From NCBI GenBank assembly GCA_041671525.1, contig JBAZBJ010000003.1:28813-92812 (forward strand): DNA of 64,000 nucleotides, given 5' to 3'. Shown piece after piece: positions 1-9,257 of this stretch (the first letter of the stretch is position 1; every line of letters starts with the position of its first letter). The DNA comes from Parcubacteria group bacterium. Lineage in GTDB: Bacteria; Patescibacteriota; Minisyncoccia; Moranbacterales; UBA2206. The notes below the pieces were generated by a model that had not been told where the DNA came from, did no database searches, and was given only the letters and a program-made list of their open reading frames with translations. A program made the position numbers and the translations under genes.

Positions 1-984
1 AGTTTTTCGCACTGATTCAAATTTCTTCTGCGCAATTTCATCAGCCTTAGCATAATGTTCCTCAAGCCTTTTCCTAAGGGAACTAACGCCATCACTACTA
101 TCAATCAGCTGTCCAATATTTTCTCGCTCATCAGAGGCATCCTGTTCACTCAATTCAGTTGAAGAAAGTCGCTCGGCAATTTCATCGGCCTCAGTGCTTT
201 GCCTTTCGGCAAGTTGAGCATATTGTTTATCCTCAAGCTCACCCTCCATTGATTCCGCTGGATTATTGGCCTCCCTGATATTGGTTTTAAAAATAGAAAG
301 TCTCTCGCGCTGCGCTTTTCGTTGCTCGAGAATTTCTTGTGCTATTTTTCTTCGTTCTTCTGCTAAAAATTTCTTGGATGCCTCTTTTTCGCTTAACAAC
401 TCTGGATTTTCAATCGTTCGTTCTTTCATTGCAGGCATATCTTCATATGATTCAAGAATTCCTTGCTCTCCAAGTTTGGAAAAATCAGCTTCATGAAGTT
501 GATACACGGGACCGATGGAACCATCTTTCATGTATCGAATTTCATTTCCTTCCCAATCTCCACGCCTATTTTTTCTAAGGGCATATCCTGTTATTCGCCC
601 TTCCTTGTCTTCAGTTTTAACAATTACTGATCCTTCAAAATTACGATCTCTCGTGACACCTACAATATTGGCCTTTTCAGGCTGAGATTTAGTAGGAGCA
701 ATCTCTGCCTCCAATTCAGCTTTTGCCACCTCAGCCTCTTTATCCAATATCTGCAGGGCCTCCTTGTCATCTCCATCAATCGCTAGACCGTCTTTTTCCG
801 CTCTCGCCTCTACTTGTACAAGATGCCCATCCCCTTCTTTTTTGAAGCTAGTGATTTCTTTTTCCGCCTCATCCAGCATTTGCTGGCGCAATTCTTCCGG
901 CGATTCGACGCTTTGTGAACCTTCAAGAGCTTCCTGGGTTTCAGGTTTTTTTATAACTTCAGTTGCTTTGTGTTCTTCATGCAT
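1..984 (-). CDS. Hypothetical acidic coiled-coil protein, N-terminal 328 codons; the ORF runs off the left edge
   Basis: Hand translation of the minus strand from the ATG at 984-982 stays open to position 1 (MHEEHKATEVIKKPETQEALEG...). It is E/K/A-rich. It is absent from the track because it has no in-window stop. The listed + ORFs here look like antisense shadows. Confidence 0.5.
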   Translation of the reverse strand, partial: MHEEHKATEVIKKPETQEALEGSQSVESPEELRQQMLDEAEKEITSFKKEGDGHLVQVEARAEKDGLAIDGDDKEALQILDKEAEVAKAELEAEIAPTKSQPEKANIVGVTRDRNFEGSVIVKTEDKEGRITGYALRKNRRGDWEGNEIRYMKDGSIGPVYQLHEADFSKLGEQGILESYEDMPAMKERTIENPELLSEKEASKKFLAEERRKIAQEILEQRKAQRERLSIFKTNIREANNPAESMEGELEDKQYAQLAERQSTEADEIAERLSSTELSEQDASDERENIGQLIDSSDGVSSLRKRLEEHYAKADEIAQKKFESVRKT

Positions 985-986
985 AA

Positions 987-1139
987 TTAGCCGATCTTTT
1001 TCCTAATTTTTTCCATGTGCTGCTGATCTAACTTTTCGGAGATGCGAGCCAAAATTTCGGATTTTCTTTTCCGCAAAGAAACCATTTTCTCATGAAATTT
1101 TTTCCAAGCTTGTTTTTGTTTTTCCGTTTCGGTTGCCAT
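987..1139 (-). CDS. Small hypothetical protein, 50 aa
   Basis: Hand translation gives MATETEKQKQAWKKFHEKMVSLRKRKSEILARISEKLDQQHMEKIRKKIG. The stop lies 2 nt before the next start (TAATTATG). It is below the track size cutoff. Confidence 0.3.
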   Translation of the reverse strand: MATETEKQKQAWKKFHEKMVSLRKRKSEILARISEKLDQQHMEKIRKKIG

Positions 1140-1150
1140 ATTTTTTAAAG

Positions 1151-2233
1151 TTAAACGATCCGCCCTCCACCCAGTAACTCACCTTTTTTTGTATAAAAAA
1201 CTGCCGACTGGCCGGGCGAAATGGCTCGCTGTGGTTCATCAAATTCCACGCGATATTTTTTGCCTTTTCCTGGCTTTATTATAGCAGAAACGGCCGGGTT
1301 ACGGTAGCGGTTTTTGACCAGCAGTTTGGCTGGCAATTTTGGCTCGTCCCCGATCCAACTGACCCCTTCCACCTCCATAACTTTCCGAAAAATAGCCGGG
1401 GTTTTTTCGTCATTGGTCACCACTAAAATATTCTTCTTCAAATCTTTGTCCACGACATAATACGGACCATCCCCCCCGATGTTGATCCCCCGTCTTTGAC
1501 CGATCGTGTACAGCGGCAAGCCTTCATGCCCACCCACCACCTTGCCGGCTAAATTTATAATTTTACCTTTCTTGAGCTTCAGATGCCGCCGCAGGAAATT
1601 TTCCGGATATTTCTCCGGCGTGAAGCACAGCCCCTGCGAATCATCCTTGTCAAAAACCGGCAGCTTCATTTTTTTGGCCAGCGCCCGGATGACCGGCTTT
1701 TTATATTCCCCCACCGGGAACAAAATTTTGGCCAATTGTTTTTGACTGAAATTATACAAAAAATACGACTGATCTTTTTCTTGATCTTTGCCTTGGAACA
1801 AATGATATTTTTTGTCTTTGCCTAATTTATTGATCGCATAATGACCGGAAGCCACAAAGTCGCCGTCCATCTCCAGCATCTTGCGAAAAAGCACTTTAAA
1901 TTTGATGTGTTCGTTGCACGCCACACACGGATTGGGCGTGCGGCCGTTTTTATATTCATTAAGAAAATAATCCACCACTTCCTTCTTGAATTCCTTCTCC
2001 GCGTTGGCCGTGTAAAGTGGGATACCCAAAATCGCGCAGACTTTCCGCGCGTCTTCCAAGGATTCCAGCGAGCAACATTTATTTTCCGCCAAGCTGTTCT
2101 GTGCCGGCTCCTTCCAAAAATGCATAAACACACCCACCACGTCAAAGCCCTGTTTTTGCAGCAGCGCCGCCGCCACCGACGAGTCCACCCCGGAAGACAT
2201 GCCGACAATCACACGTTTTTTCTTCTTTATCAT
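1151..2233 (-). CDS. mnmA: tRNA-specific 2-thiouridylase
   Basis: N-terminal PP-loop (VGMSSGVDSSVAA), conserved CC/NPCxxCN motifs, and typical length of 360 aa. Confidence 0.93.
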   Translation of the reverse strand: MIKKKKRVIVGMSSGVDSSVAAALLQKQGFDVVGVFMHFWKEPAQNSLAENKCCSLESLEDARKVCAILGIPLYTANAEKEFKKEVVDYFLNEYKNGRTPNPCVACNEHIKFKVLFRKMLEMDGDFVASGHYAINKLGKDKKYHLFQGKDQEKDQSYFLYNFSQKQLAKILFPVGEYKKPVIRALAKKMKLPVFDKDDSQGLCFTPEKYPENFLRRHLKLKKGKIINLAGKVVGGHEGLPLYTIGQRRGINIGGDGPYYVVDKDLKKNILVVTNDEKTPAIFRKVMEVEGVSWIGDEPKLPAKLLVKNRYRNPAVSAIIKPGKGKKYRVEFDEPQRAISPGQSAVFYTKKGELLGGGRIV

Positions 2234-2313
2234 GAATTAATCATATTATATTTATACTTTCGTGTAAACAAAACAGCCCCGCCTGCGCGAGACTGTACCA
2301 CAATCGGTTTGCA

Positions 2314-2505
2314 TCAGATTTTGTCCAATTCTTTCTCAATCTGCTGATTTTTTTCAAACGCTGAACTTTCCGAACCCTGCACAATTTTTTCACCGATGCG
2401 GATAGTCACAAAGGCGATCATCAGACCAATGATCATAATTGCGATGAAAGCTGACTGGTCGGAAATTTTTTTATGGATATTCATAATTTTTTGTTTACTG
2501 ACCAT
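2314..2505 (-). CDS. Small single-pass membrane protein, 63 aa
   Basis: Central hydrophobic helix (AFIAIMIIGLMIAFVTI). Its start overlaps the stop of the upstream ATPase gene by 11 nt. Confidence 0.4.
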   Translation of the reverse strand: MVSKQKIMNIHKKISDQSAFIAIMIIGLMIAFVTIRIGEKIVQGSESSAFEKNQQIEKELDKI

Positions 2506-4456
2506 CCTGGCTTTTGCGGATCAGCTCTTTCACTTCATCCAGATTCACATTTGGCCGCTGCTGAGTTGCTTTGAATTTTTTCGGCGCGATGTGCGACATC
2601 TGCGACAGGCTCATCGGTCGCTCTTGCGGCGCATAGGCTTTGTGCTCTTCTCTTCTCGCTGGCTCAGGCTCCACTTTTTTAACCACCACTATTGCTGGTT
2701 GCATAGCGCCTGTTTGTTGCGCGCGCGCCTTGGCCATGGTCCGCTGATAATCCTTCAAGCATTCCTTGCAAAAGGCCGGCCGACTGGTGTCCGGCTTGAA
2801 CGGTACATAGATTTTTTGTTCACAGGTATCGCAGATTGTTTCATAGAGTTCCTTTTTTTCTTTAGGTATAATTGGCGCATCTTCCGCCGACAGCGGCTTC
2901 TCAGCTGCTTTTATAACTTCAGATGCTTCCACATTTTCAACAGTTTCAACTTTCTCAGCTGGCCTTGCTACGACTACCGGCTCAGACGGGTGAACAACCT
3001 TCACGAGCGGCTGCGGACTTTTCGGCATGACCTTGATCGGTGGCAGCGTAGAATTCGTCCGCTCGAAATTTTCAGTACTTATCGGTTTTGGCGCAGCCAC
3101 CACAATTGGCGCCGGCGCTAACTGTTGCGGCTCCGCCTTGTGGATGATGACATTCTCATCTTCTTCCATCATCATGCCGCTCCAGCGCGCGATCCGGTCT
3201 TCCACTTCCGCCTTGCTCTTACCATATCTTTCGCGGGAAATGCGAATCATCTTTTCTTCATTGCCGGCAGTGTCAGACAGATCCAGGGGCGGCAAGGAGG
3301 TTCCCGAAAAAGCATCCCCCGCCACGCCATCAATCATCAACTTCAAGTAGATGTGGTATTTGGAAAGGTTGACGATGTCATTCATCAAAAACACCGGATC
3401 GAATTCATTTTCCAGATGCTCAGCATCTTCCGCGCCCACGCGGAAAGAAACGATGGTGCCCACATTGCCAAAAACCGCATCCTTGACGGTCGTATTGCCG
3501 TCAAACGTCAACTGGTTGATATACTGATGCGCCAGAATCAGATTCAGTTTGTATTTGCGCGCCTCAGACAAAATATTCGCGAATGATTCTGTCGCGAAAT
3601 TCTGGAATTCATCCACGTAGAGGTAAAAATCCTTGCGCTCGGCTTCGGGAATTTCCACCCGCCCCATCGCCCCCAACTGGATTTTCGTGATGAGCATCCC
3701 ACCCAACAGCCGCATAGAATCTTCCCCGATCCGCCCCTTGGATAGATTCACGATCAAGATTTTCTGATTATCCATGATGTCACGCATATCGATGGTCGAT
3801 TTCGGCTGCCCGACGATGTGGCGGATGACAGAGGAAGACAAAAATTGCCCAACTTTGTTTTGGATGGCCGCTACCGCTTCCTTGCGGAATTTGTCATCCC
3901 ACTTATCAAACTCGTTGAGCCAAAAAGATTTCACCACCGGATCCTTGATTTTCGGATACACGCGCTTGCGATAGTCCTTGTCAGACATCATGCGGTTGAC
4001 GCCCAACATGGTCGAGCCGGGATAATCCAAGAGTGCCAGGATTGTATTGTTCAAAATATATTCCATCCGCGGACTCCACACGTCCGGCCAGATCTTTTTG
4101 AAAACCCCCATCATGCCGGACGCCACCAGATTTTTTTTGTCTTCCGAAACTGCCTCCAGAATATTGAAAGCGATCGGAAATTCCGCGTCGGCCGGATTGA
4201 AATAGATCACGTCATTGATCCGGTTGGCCGGAATGGCTTTGAGCATCTTCTCCGCGAACTCGCCGTGCGGATCCACTACGCAAACGCCCTCGCCATTCCG
4301 GATGTCCTGGATGGCCATATTTTCCAGCATGTTGGATTTGCCCATGCCGGTCTTTCCGATCACATACATGTGGCGCCGCCGATCGTCACGCTTGATGCCG
4401 AAGATCGTTTCTTGATTGCGAAAATTCGTTTTAGCGAAAAAATTTATATCTGGCAT
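2495..4456 (-). CDS. FtsK/HerA/TraG-like P-loop ATPase with a low-complexity linker and a C-terminal CxxC-x17-CxxC zinc ribbon
   Basis: Walker A (GKTGMGKS), DPHGE, Walker B-like (LYVDEFQNF). The C-terminus reads CDTCEQKIYVPFKPDTSRPAFCKEC. Confidence 0.8.
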   Translation of the reverse strand: MPDINFFAKTNFRNQETIFGIKRDDRRRHMYVIGKTGMGKSNMLENMAIQDIRNGEGVCVVDPHGEFAEKMLKAIPANRINDVIYFNPADAEFPIAFNILEAVSEDKKNLVASGMMGVFKKIWPDVWSPRMEYILNNTILALLDYPGSTMLGVNRMMSDKDYRKRVYPKIKDPVVKSFWLNEFDKWDDKFRKEAVAAIQNKVGQFLSSSVIRHIVGQPKSTIDMRDIMDNQKILIVNLSKGRIGEDSMRLLGGMLITKIQLGAMGRVEIPEAERKDFYLYVDEFQNFATESFANILSEARKYKLNLILAHQYINQLTFDGNTTVKDAVFGNVGTIVSFRVGAEDAEHLENEFDPVFLMNDIVNLSKYHIYLKLMIDGVAGDAFSGTSLPPLDLSDTAGNEEKMIRISRERYGKSKAEVEDRIARWSGMMMEEDENVIIHKAEPQQLAPAPIVVAAPKPISTENFERTNSTLPPIKVMPKSPQPLVKVVHPSEPVVVARPAEKVETVENVEASEVIKAAEKPLSAEDAPIIPKEKKELYETICDTCEQKIYVPFKPDTSRPAFCKECLKDYQRTMAKARAQQTGAMQPAIVVVKKVEPEPARREEHKAYAPQERPMSLSQMSHIAPKKFKATQQRPNVNLDEVKELIRKSQDGQ

Positions 4457-4476
4457 TTTTTTAATTTTAGCTTCCT

Positions 4477-4588
4477 CCCTACGAATTACGAAAAAATACG
4501 AATGTACGAATTATATTCATGTAGCTTTATGCTTCCCAATTTTTAATACTATCACATTAGTACATTCGTAAAAATTCGTAATTCGTAG
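4477..4588. repeat. Heptamer-periodic hairpin element, TACGAAT subfamily
   Basis: Left arm CCCTACGAATTACGAAAAAATACGAATGTACGAAT and right arm GTACATTCGTAAAAATTCGTAATTCGTAG, separated by about 48 nt. It fills the gap between the 4592 stop and the 4456 start. Confidence 0.8.
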
Positions 4589-4591
4589 TGA

Positions 4592-5857
4592 TTACCCGAT
4601 CGGCAAATTGGACGGCGCACTACCGCGCCGCGACTGCACCTGACTAAGTGCCGGTGCTTTGACTTCCATATTCGGAAAATGCCAAACGGTCGCCAATTCC
4701 TTGGACGACATATGAAAAGTTTTCCCATCCATATCACGATCCCGATAACGCCGATAGATTCTTCTTTGTCGAAAGGCCAGGCGCTCATTCTTCATGAAAT
4801 AGCGATTGCTCGTTTTGCTGGCGTCGTTGGGCTTCAGATTATTCAGATTCAGATCATTAAATTGCTTGATAGATCCAAAAAATGAAGAGACGTACGTCTT
4901 GTCAAAAACTTCTCGCCGGCCCAAGAGCAACAGTCGCATCTTGACCCGAAAAATATTTTTACTGAAATTTTCTTCCACTGCCTTCAAGACGTCTTTTTCT
5001 CCGGGGGTGAGTTTGAATTCCAATGGTTGGTCCGCCGCCTTCTCGGCCTTACCAAATTCCACCGGGGCGCTCAGCGCCGCGAAAAAATGCGCGAAGATGT
5101 CGATCAGATGACCAAACAGCCCGGCCTCTTTTTTCTCCGCCTTTTTTGACAATTTATCAATGAGTTTCTGCGCGTAAGCCTTTTTCCATTTTTCCGGTTG
5201 CGGATCCAACACGTATTGCAACCAGATGAATTGTCCGGGCCCAAGCGTACCGATGACCTCAGCCATGGCCGCCAGCGGATCAATCATGGTGCCGGTCACG
5301 TCCTCTTCAAATTTATCATAAGTCTTGATCGGAATCGGATCAGCATCAACCTTTTCCACGTCAGTTCCCCACAGTTCCCAATCTTTGTTTGGGATAACTT
5401 TGGGAAAACTTTTTGTGTAATCCTCCACCTCAATCACTTCAGCGTCCGGAAATTGCGCATAGATCTGCGCCTCGATCAAATTGCGATATTTTTTTTGCGT
5501 CCGCACATAGAAATGCATTGTGCCCTCAGCCCCGACAATTTCCAAGCTGAAGCGATCACCCAATATGCCCCGCACATATGTATCCAGCGGAGGGATCGTT
5601 ACCACCACACCGGCGATACCCTGAAACAGCGATTCCATGACCTTGGGACTTTTTTCAATATCCTTGGGCGGAATCACTTCCAGATAAACCCATTTCAAGG
5701 TGCCCACAAAAGAATTATTGGAAAACTCAATAACATAATCCATCCAAAGCATTTTAAACATCCAAAACAAAAATGGCGGCAAAAATAACCACCAGAATTC
5801 AAAAAGCGCTCGAAAAATCGGTATAAATTGACTAAAAATGTCGAAAAAATAATTCAT
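4592..5857 (-). CDS. Membrane protein partner of the ATPase, 421 aa
   Basis: N-terminal hydrophobic segments (FIPIFRALFEFWWLFLPPFLFWMFKMLW) followed by a large soluble domain. Same strand and immediately upstream of the ATPase. Confidence 0.7.
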   Translation of the reverse strand: MNYFFDIFSQFIPIFRALFEFWWLFLPPFLFWMFKMLWMDYVIEFSNNSFVGTLKWVYLEVIPPKDIEKSPKVMESLFQGIAGVVVTIPPLDTYVRGILGDRFSLEIVGAEGTMHFYVRTQKKYRNLIEAQIYAQFPDAEVIEVEDYTKSFPKVIPNKDWELWGTDVEKVDADPIPIKTYDKFEEDVTGTMIDPLAAMAEVIGTLGPGQFIWLQYVLDPQPEKWKKAYAQKLIDKLSKKAEKKEAGLFGHLIDIFAHFFAALSAPVEFGKAEKAADQPLEFKLTPGEKDVLKAVEENFSKNIFRVKMRLLLLGRREVFDKTYVSSFFGSIKQFNDLNLNNLKPNDASKTSNRYFMKNERLAFRQRRIYRRYRDRDMDGKTFHMSSKELATVWHFPNMEVKAPALSQVQSRRGSAPSNLPIG

Positions 5858-5913
5858 GTTTGTCTTTGACGTTGCAAAGAATTTACTTTTGTTCCTGTTT
5901 TGTCCGCCTGAGA

Positions 5914-6999
5914 TTATTTCTTGATCGTATAGACGTTATTGGCTTTGGCAAAAATCTTTTGATTGTTTAGATTGATCATAACTGTCGCCTTCTTGACTTT
6001 GCGAATCTTCATGACCTCCGCCAGCACTTCCTCCTTGTTCAACGGTTTTTGACTCTTGGTCAAGATATCCAACAAAACATCTTGGATGGTGCCAGTTTTG
6101 TAGCCCCACTCCTTCAAGGCATATATCCCACGACCGACCAGGATGAACCGGTCGTCCTTGATCAATTCATTATGCACGGTTTGCGGATGTGCTTTCCGCT
6201 TGCTCAAGCCGTATTGGTCGATGAGCGAAGCAATTTTGGAAAAATGCAGCGGTTCATTTTTTTCTTTCAGCACCAGATAGATCCTTTCGCGCGTTCCTTT
6301 CGGATTAACCTCTTTCCAGCCGGTCATGCCCCATTTCCCGAATTTGTTCTTTTGCACCTTGGCCAAGGCGGCCAGATAACTCAAAATCTGTTCTTGAGAA
6401 AAAACAAGTTTTTCTCCGGCCAATTGCTGGTTGATGTGTTCCACCATTTTGTCGTTGGTCAGCAGTTTCTTCTCTTTTTCAAAAATAGCCTTGACCGCGG
6501 CATTCACTTTCTGTACATTTTTCAAAACATCGGCCGAAACCGTCCAGCTTTTCTTGAAATCATCCTTCCCTTCAGAAATGGTAATCCGACCGGACAACGC
6601 GCCAAAAAACACAATAGCGTTTTCTTCCTGATACTCGCCGCCACTCAGCTTTTCAATGAGTTTTCCTTCTTCGATTATACCATGATTTTTTTCAATTGCC
6701 AAAATGAGTCCCGCCTCAGCCTCTTGAAATGCGGCATCATTTTTTTTCTGAGAAATCCGCTTCAACACATCGGAAATGATCTGTCGTACCCGTTCGCGCG
6801 TAATGGCGTGCTCTTGACCGATTTTTTCCAAGGTTTGCGGCTCTTTTTGCGCCAGTCCAAAACGCTTCTTGATGATCTCCCGCGCGCGCTCCGGCTCAGC
6901 AGACAACAAAGAGTTGGCCAAGTCAAAAAAGCTCAGTTTTTGCGTCTCAATTTTGCCTGCCTGCCGGTAGGCAGGGCTTGTTGGCGTGTTTTTTTCCAT
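5914..6999 (-). CDS. Sigma-70 region-4-like HTH protein with a C-terminal HARE-HTH-like domain
   Basis: LEKIGQEHAITRERVRQIISDVLKR resembles sigma region 4. RFILVGRGIYALKEWGY resembles the HARE-HTH / RpoE N-terminal motif. Confidence 0.55.
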   Translation of the reverse strand: MEKNTPTSPAYRQAGKIETQKLSFFDLANSLLSAEPERAREIIKKRFGLAQKEPQTLEKIGQEHAITRERVRQIISDVLKRISQKKNDAAFQEAEAGLILAIEKNHGIIEEGKLIEKLSGGEYQEENAIVFFGALSGRITISEGKDDFKKSWTVSADVLKNVQKVNAAVKAIFEKEKKLLTNDKMVEHINQQLAGEKLVFSQEQILSYLAALAKVQKNKFGKWGMTGWKEVNPKGTRERIYLVLKEKNEPLHFSKIASLIDQYGLSKRKAHPQTVHNELIKDDRFILVGRGIYALKEWGYKTGTIQDVLLDILTKSQKPLNKEEVLAEVMKIRKVKKATVMINLNNQKIFAKANNVYTIKK

Positions 7000-7184
7000 A
7001 TATCAAATTCCTAGGACTTTGTTAAATTTAAGTCATATTAGATTAGCACATATACTACAACTTTGTCAAGGGTGACAGTTCATTTTAGACATGTTATACC
7101 AAATGAAGCAGTTATTTAAAAAACAAAACCTCATGGAGGTTTTTATAGAAAATTCTAAATGTATTTTTTTTGGAAGGAGGACAT

Positions 7185-8129
7185 GTGATCATATTTCCAA
7201 ACGGAAACATAATTACGGACATCGTCGCATCATGTTTTTTAGGCTACTATGGCGAAGGAGTTTTGCCTTTTATTTACTATCCTTCTTATAGAAAAACCAG
7301 GCAACTCATACTCAGACGCTGGATAACAAATATCGGAAAATCTTCGACTCCCTCAAAAAAACAAGGCTACGTGACCCATTATGACCCAAGACGACCATGG
7401 ACCATTTTTCAATGGGCATACACTGCACAAAAATACATCAAAAAATTGCCCGATGGAGGAAAACTTAACGCATACGGCCTTACTAATGATGGAACCGAGG
7501 AGGTCGCAAGAAGATCTTTGGAATATTTCGACATGGGGTTCAATAATATTCTTAGTATCTACCCCGAATTTTTCGGCAAAACTCAAGAAGAGGCCATCAA
7601 TGAGACACTGGGAGCTATTGAGCGCTGTGAGCACATCCTGGGACGCTATTACTTTTGGGCTGTGCAACTCAGTTTCGGGTGTCATAATTCTAAGGAGGAT
7701 ATTTCTTGTAACATGAAGGATTCTCTGGCGCTGACCGAGGCTGTACGTAAAAAATTTCCTTGGCTAGTCATAATCGTTAAAAGCAGTATTGTGCATCCTT
7801 ATGAATATCTTGTCGAGATGCAAAAATATGTTGACGCATTTGAATTGGTAAACACTATTCCGTTTGATCTGGTATTTCCTGGGCAAAAATCCCCCATTCC
7901 CGCTAAGGGTGGCGGTGGATATTCTGGGCCAGCATCGAAAGAAATGGTCTTGAAATATCTTACTGGAGCGCGTAAAGTTCTTTCCAAAGATATCATCATG
8001 GAAAACAGCATACGCGATTTAGAAGACATCAAGAGATACCGAGGTATCGGCGCCGATGCAATCGCTTTTTGCTCAGTCGGCACGGACAATCCGAACAAGG
8101 CTGCGGATTTCATTGAAATCTGCAGCTAA
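7185..8129 (+). CDS. Dihydroorotate-dehydrogenase-like FMN TIM-barrel family protein (putative)
   Basis: SFGCHNS (compare LSCPN), GGGGYSGPA, and a C-terminal GADAIAFCSVGTDNP pattern. The track ORF starts at TTG 7170. GTG 7185 follows the GGAGG at 7176-7180. Confidence 0.45.
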   Translation: MIIFPNGNIITDIVASCFLGYYGEGVLPFIYYPSYRKTRQLILRRWITNIGKSSTPSKKQGYVTHYDPRRPWTIFQWAYTAQKYIKKLPDGGKLNAYGLTNDGTEEVARRSLEYFDMGFNNILSIYPEFFGKTQEEAINETLGAIERCEHILGRYYFWAVQLSFGCHNSKEDISCNMKDSLALTEAVRKKFPWLVIIVKSSIVHPYEYLVEMQKYVDAFELVNTIPFDLVFPGQKSPIPAKGGGGYSGPASKEMVLKYLTGARKVLSKDIIMENSIRDLEDIKRYRGIGADAIAFCSVGTDNPNKAADFIEICS

Positions 8130-8135
8130 AAAACA

Positions 8136-8168
8136 GGGCTCACCATCGTTGGTGAGCCCTTATTTATT
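8136..8168. terminator. Bidirectional stem-loop between convergent genes
   Basis: GGGCTCACC-atcgtt-GGTGAGCCC, flanked by an A-run and a T-rich run. Confidence 0.6.
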
Positions 8169-8179
8169 CAGAAATATTT

Positions 8180-9187
8180 TTACAATCCGACTTTCGCCTT
8201 ATTGGCGACGTGTTCGGCGAAGGTTTTGGAAAAGATAGTCTTACCGGTGGCCGGATCGCTCAGGAAATAGTTGAAATCCGTGTTTTGCGGGTGGAGGGTG
8301 GCAATGATTGCAACCAGCCCGGGGTTGGCAATCGGTCCGGGCGGCAGACCTTTGTATTTATAGGAATTGTATGGCGAATCCAGCGCCAACTGCGCCCCGC
8401 TATGAGCAGCGTCTTTGTCTTCCAAAACATACGTCAGGGTCGCGTCACTCTGGAGGGCTTGCCCGATTTTGATGCGATTCCAAAAGATGCCGGCCGCGAT
8501 CTCCCGGTCAGCGTCAGTCTGCACTTCTTTTTCCACGATGCTCGCCATAGTCAGAATTTCGAAAACTGATTTCTTCTGATCTTTGGCCGCCAGCATGATA
8601 TCCGTGTTTACTTTCGCGTCAGTGTTATTCAAAATTTTCTTGAGAATCCCGTCCGGCGTCGCTTCTTTGGCCAGATAATAAGTGTCCGGAAAAAGATAAC
8701 CTTCCAGCGTGGCGCTTTTTGGCTTGTCAGAAAGTGATGCAAATTGGGAAGTTATTTCCACTGGTGGATTGTTGGCTAGCTTCAAAAAGGCAGCACCATC
8801 AAAACCATGCGCGCTCAATTCGTCCGCCATCTGCTTGGCCGTCCAGCCCTCGATGAAGGTCACTTTTTCATAGACTTTTTTCGGATTAGTGATCACCGCG
8901 GCAATCTCCGGAATCGTCATGTTGCCATTCAAGAGATATTCGCCCGGAAAAATCCCGTTCAGCAGCCCATGTGAACGGATATAATAATAAAAATACCATT
9001 GATTGGAAATCAAGCCTTCCTTTTCCAAATTTTTTCCCACGTCTGAATTGCCCTCCCCTTTCACAATCTTGAAAATTTTGTTTTGTGCATAACTGCCGTG
9101 CGAAAACCCGACTTGATGGTTGAAATAAAAAAGACCGCCAATCAGGACAGCGACGATGATGATTGCGATTATGAATCTTCTGAACAT
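8180..9187 (-). CDS. mltG: Endolytic murein transglycosylase (YceG family)
   Basis: N-terminal TM helix and YceG-like core (IFWNRIKIGQALQSDATLTYV, SPYNSYKYKGLPPGPI). Confidence 0.9.
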   Translation of the reverse strand: MFRRFIIAIIIVAVLIGGLFYFNHQVGFSHGSYAQNKIFKIVKGEGNSDVGKNLEKEGLISNQWYFYYYIRSHGLLNGIFPGEYLLNGNMTIPEIAAVITNPKKVYEKVTFIEGWTAKQMADELSAHGFDGAAFLKLANNPPVEITSQFASLSDKPKSATLEGYLFPDTYYLAKEATPDGILKKILNNTDAKVNTDIMLAAKDQKKSVFEILTMASIVEKEVQTDADREIAAGIFWNRIKIGQALQSDATLTYVLEDKDAAHSGAQLALDSPYNSYKYKGLPPGPIANPGLVAIIATLHPQNTDFNYFLSDPATGKTIFSKTFAEHVANKAKVGL

Positions 9188-9200
9188 ATGCTTATTGAAA

Positions 9201-9243
9201 CCTAAAGCTCGGCTTTAGGAAATTCCTAAAGCCGAGCTTTAGG
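9201..9243. repeat. REP-like palindrome pair
   Basis: CCTAAAGCTCGGCTTTAGG, then aaatt, then CCTAAAGCCGAGCTTTAGG. The second arm is the exact reverse complement of the first. Related units occur at 54762-54995. Confidence 0.8.
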
Positions 9244-9257
9244 TCACTTTAATTATT

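Noticed and set aside
2396-4546. Long + strand ORFs (2396-3121, 3125-3586, 3818-4546) opposite the ATPase gene
   Set aside because: - They are antisense shadows of a well-supported minus-strand gene.
- Their translations are R/H/F/L-rich and lack motifs.
- The same reasoning applies to 6049-7014, 10527-11300, 21018-21878, 42345-43037, 44515-45135, 50317-51141, 31333-31932, 36631-37119 and 37165-37629.
2495-5857. Integrated conjugative element or type IV secretion locus
   Set aside because: Only a TraG/HerA-like ATPase and one membrane partner are present. There is no relaxase, VirB4/VirB6/VirB8-10, pilin or integrase nearby, and the flanks are housekeeping genes.
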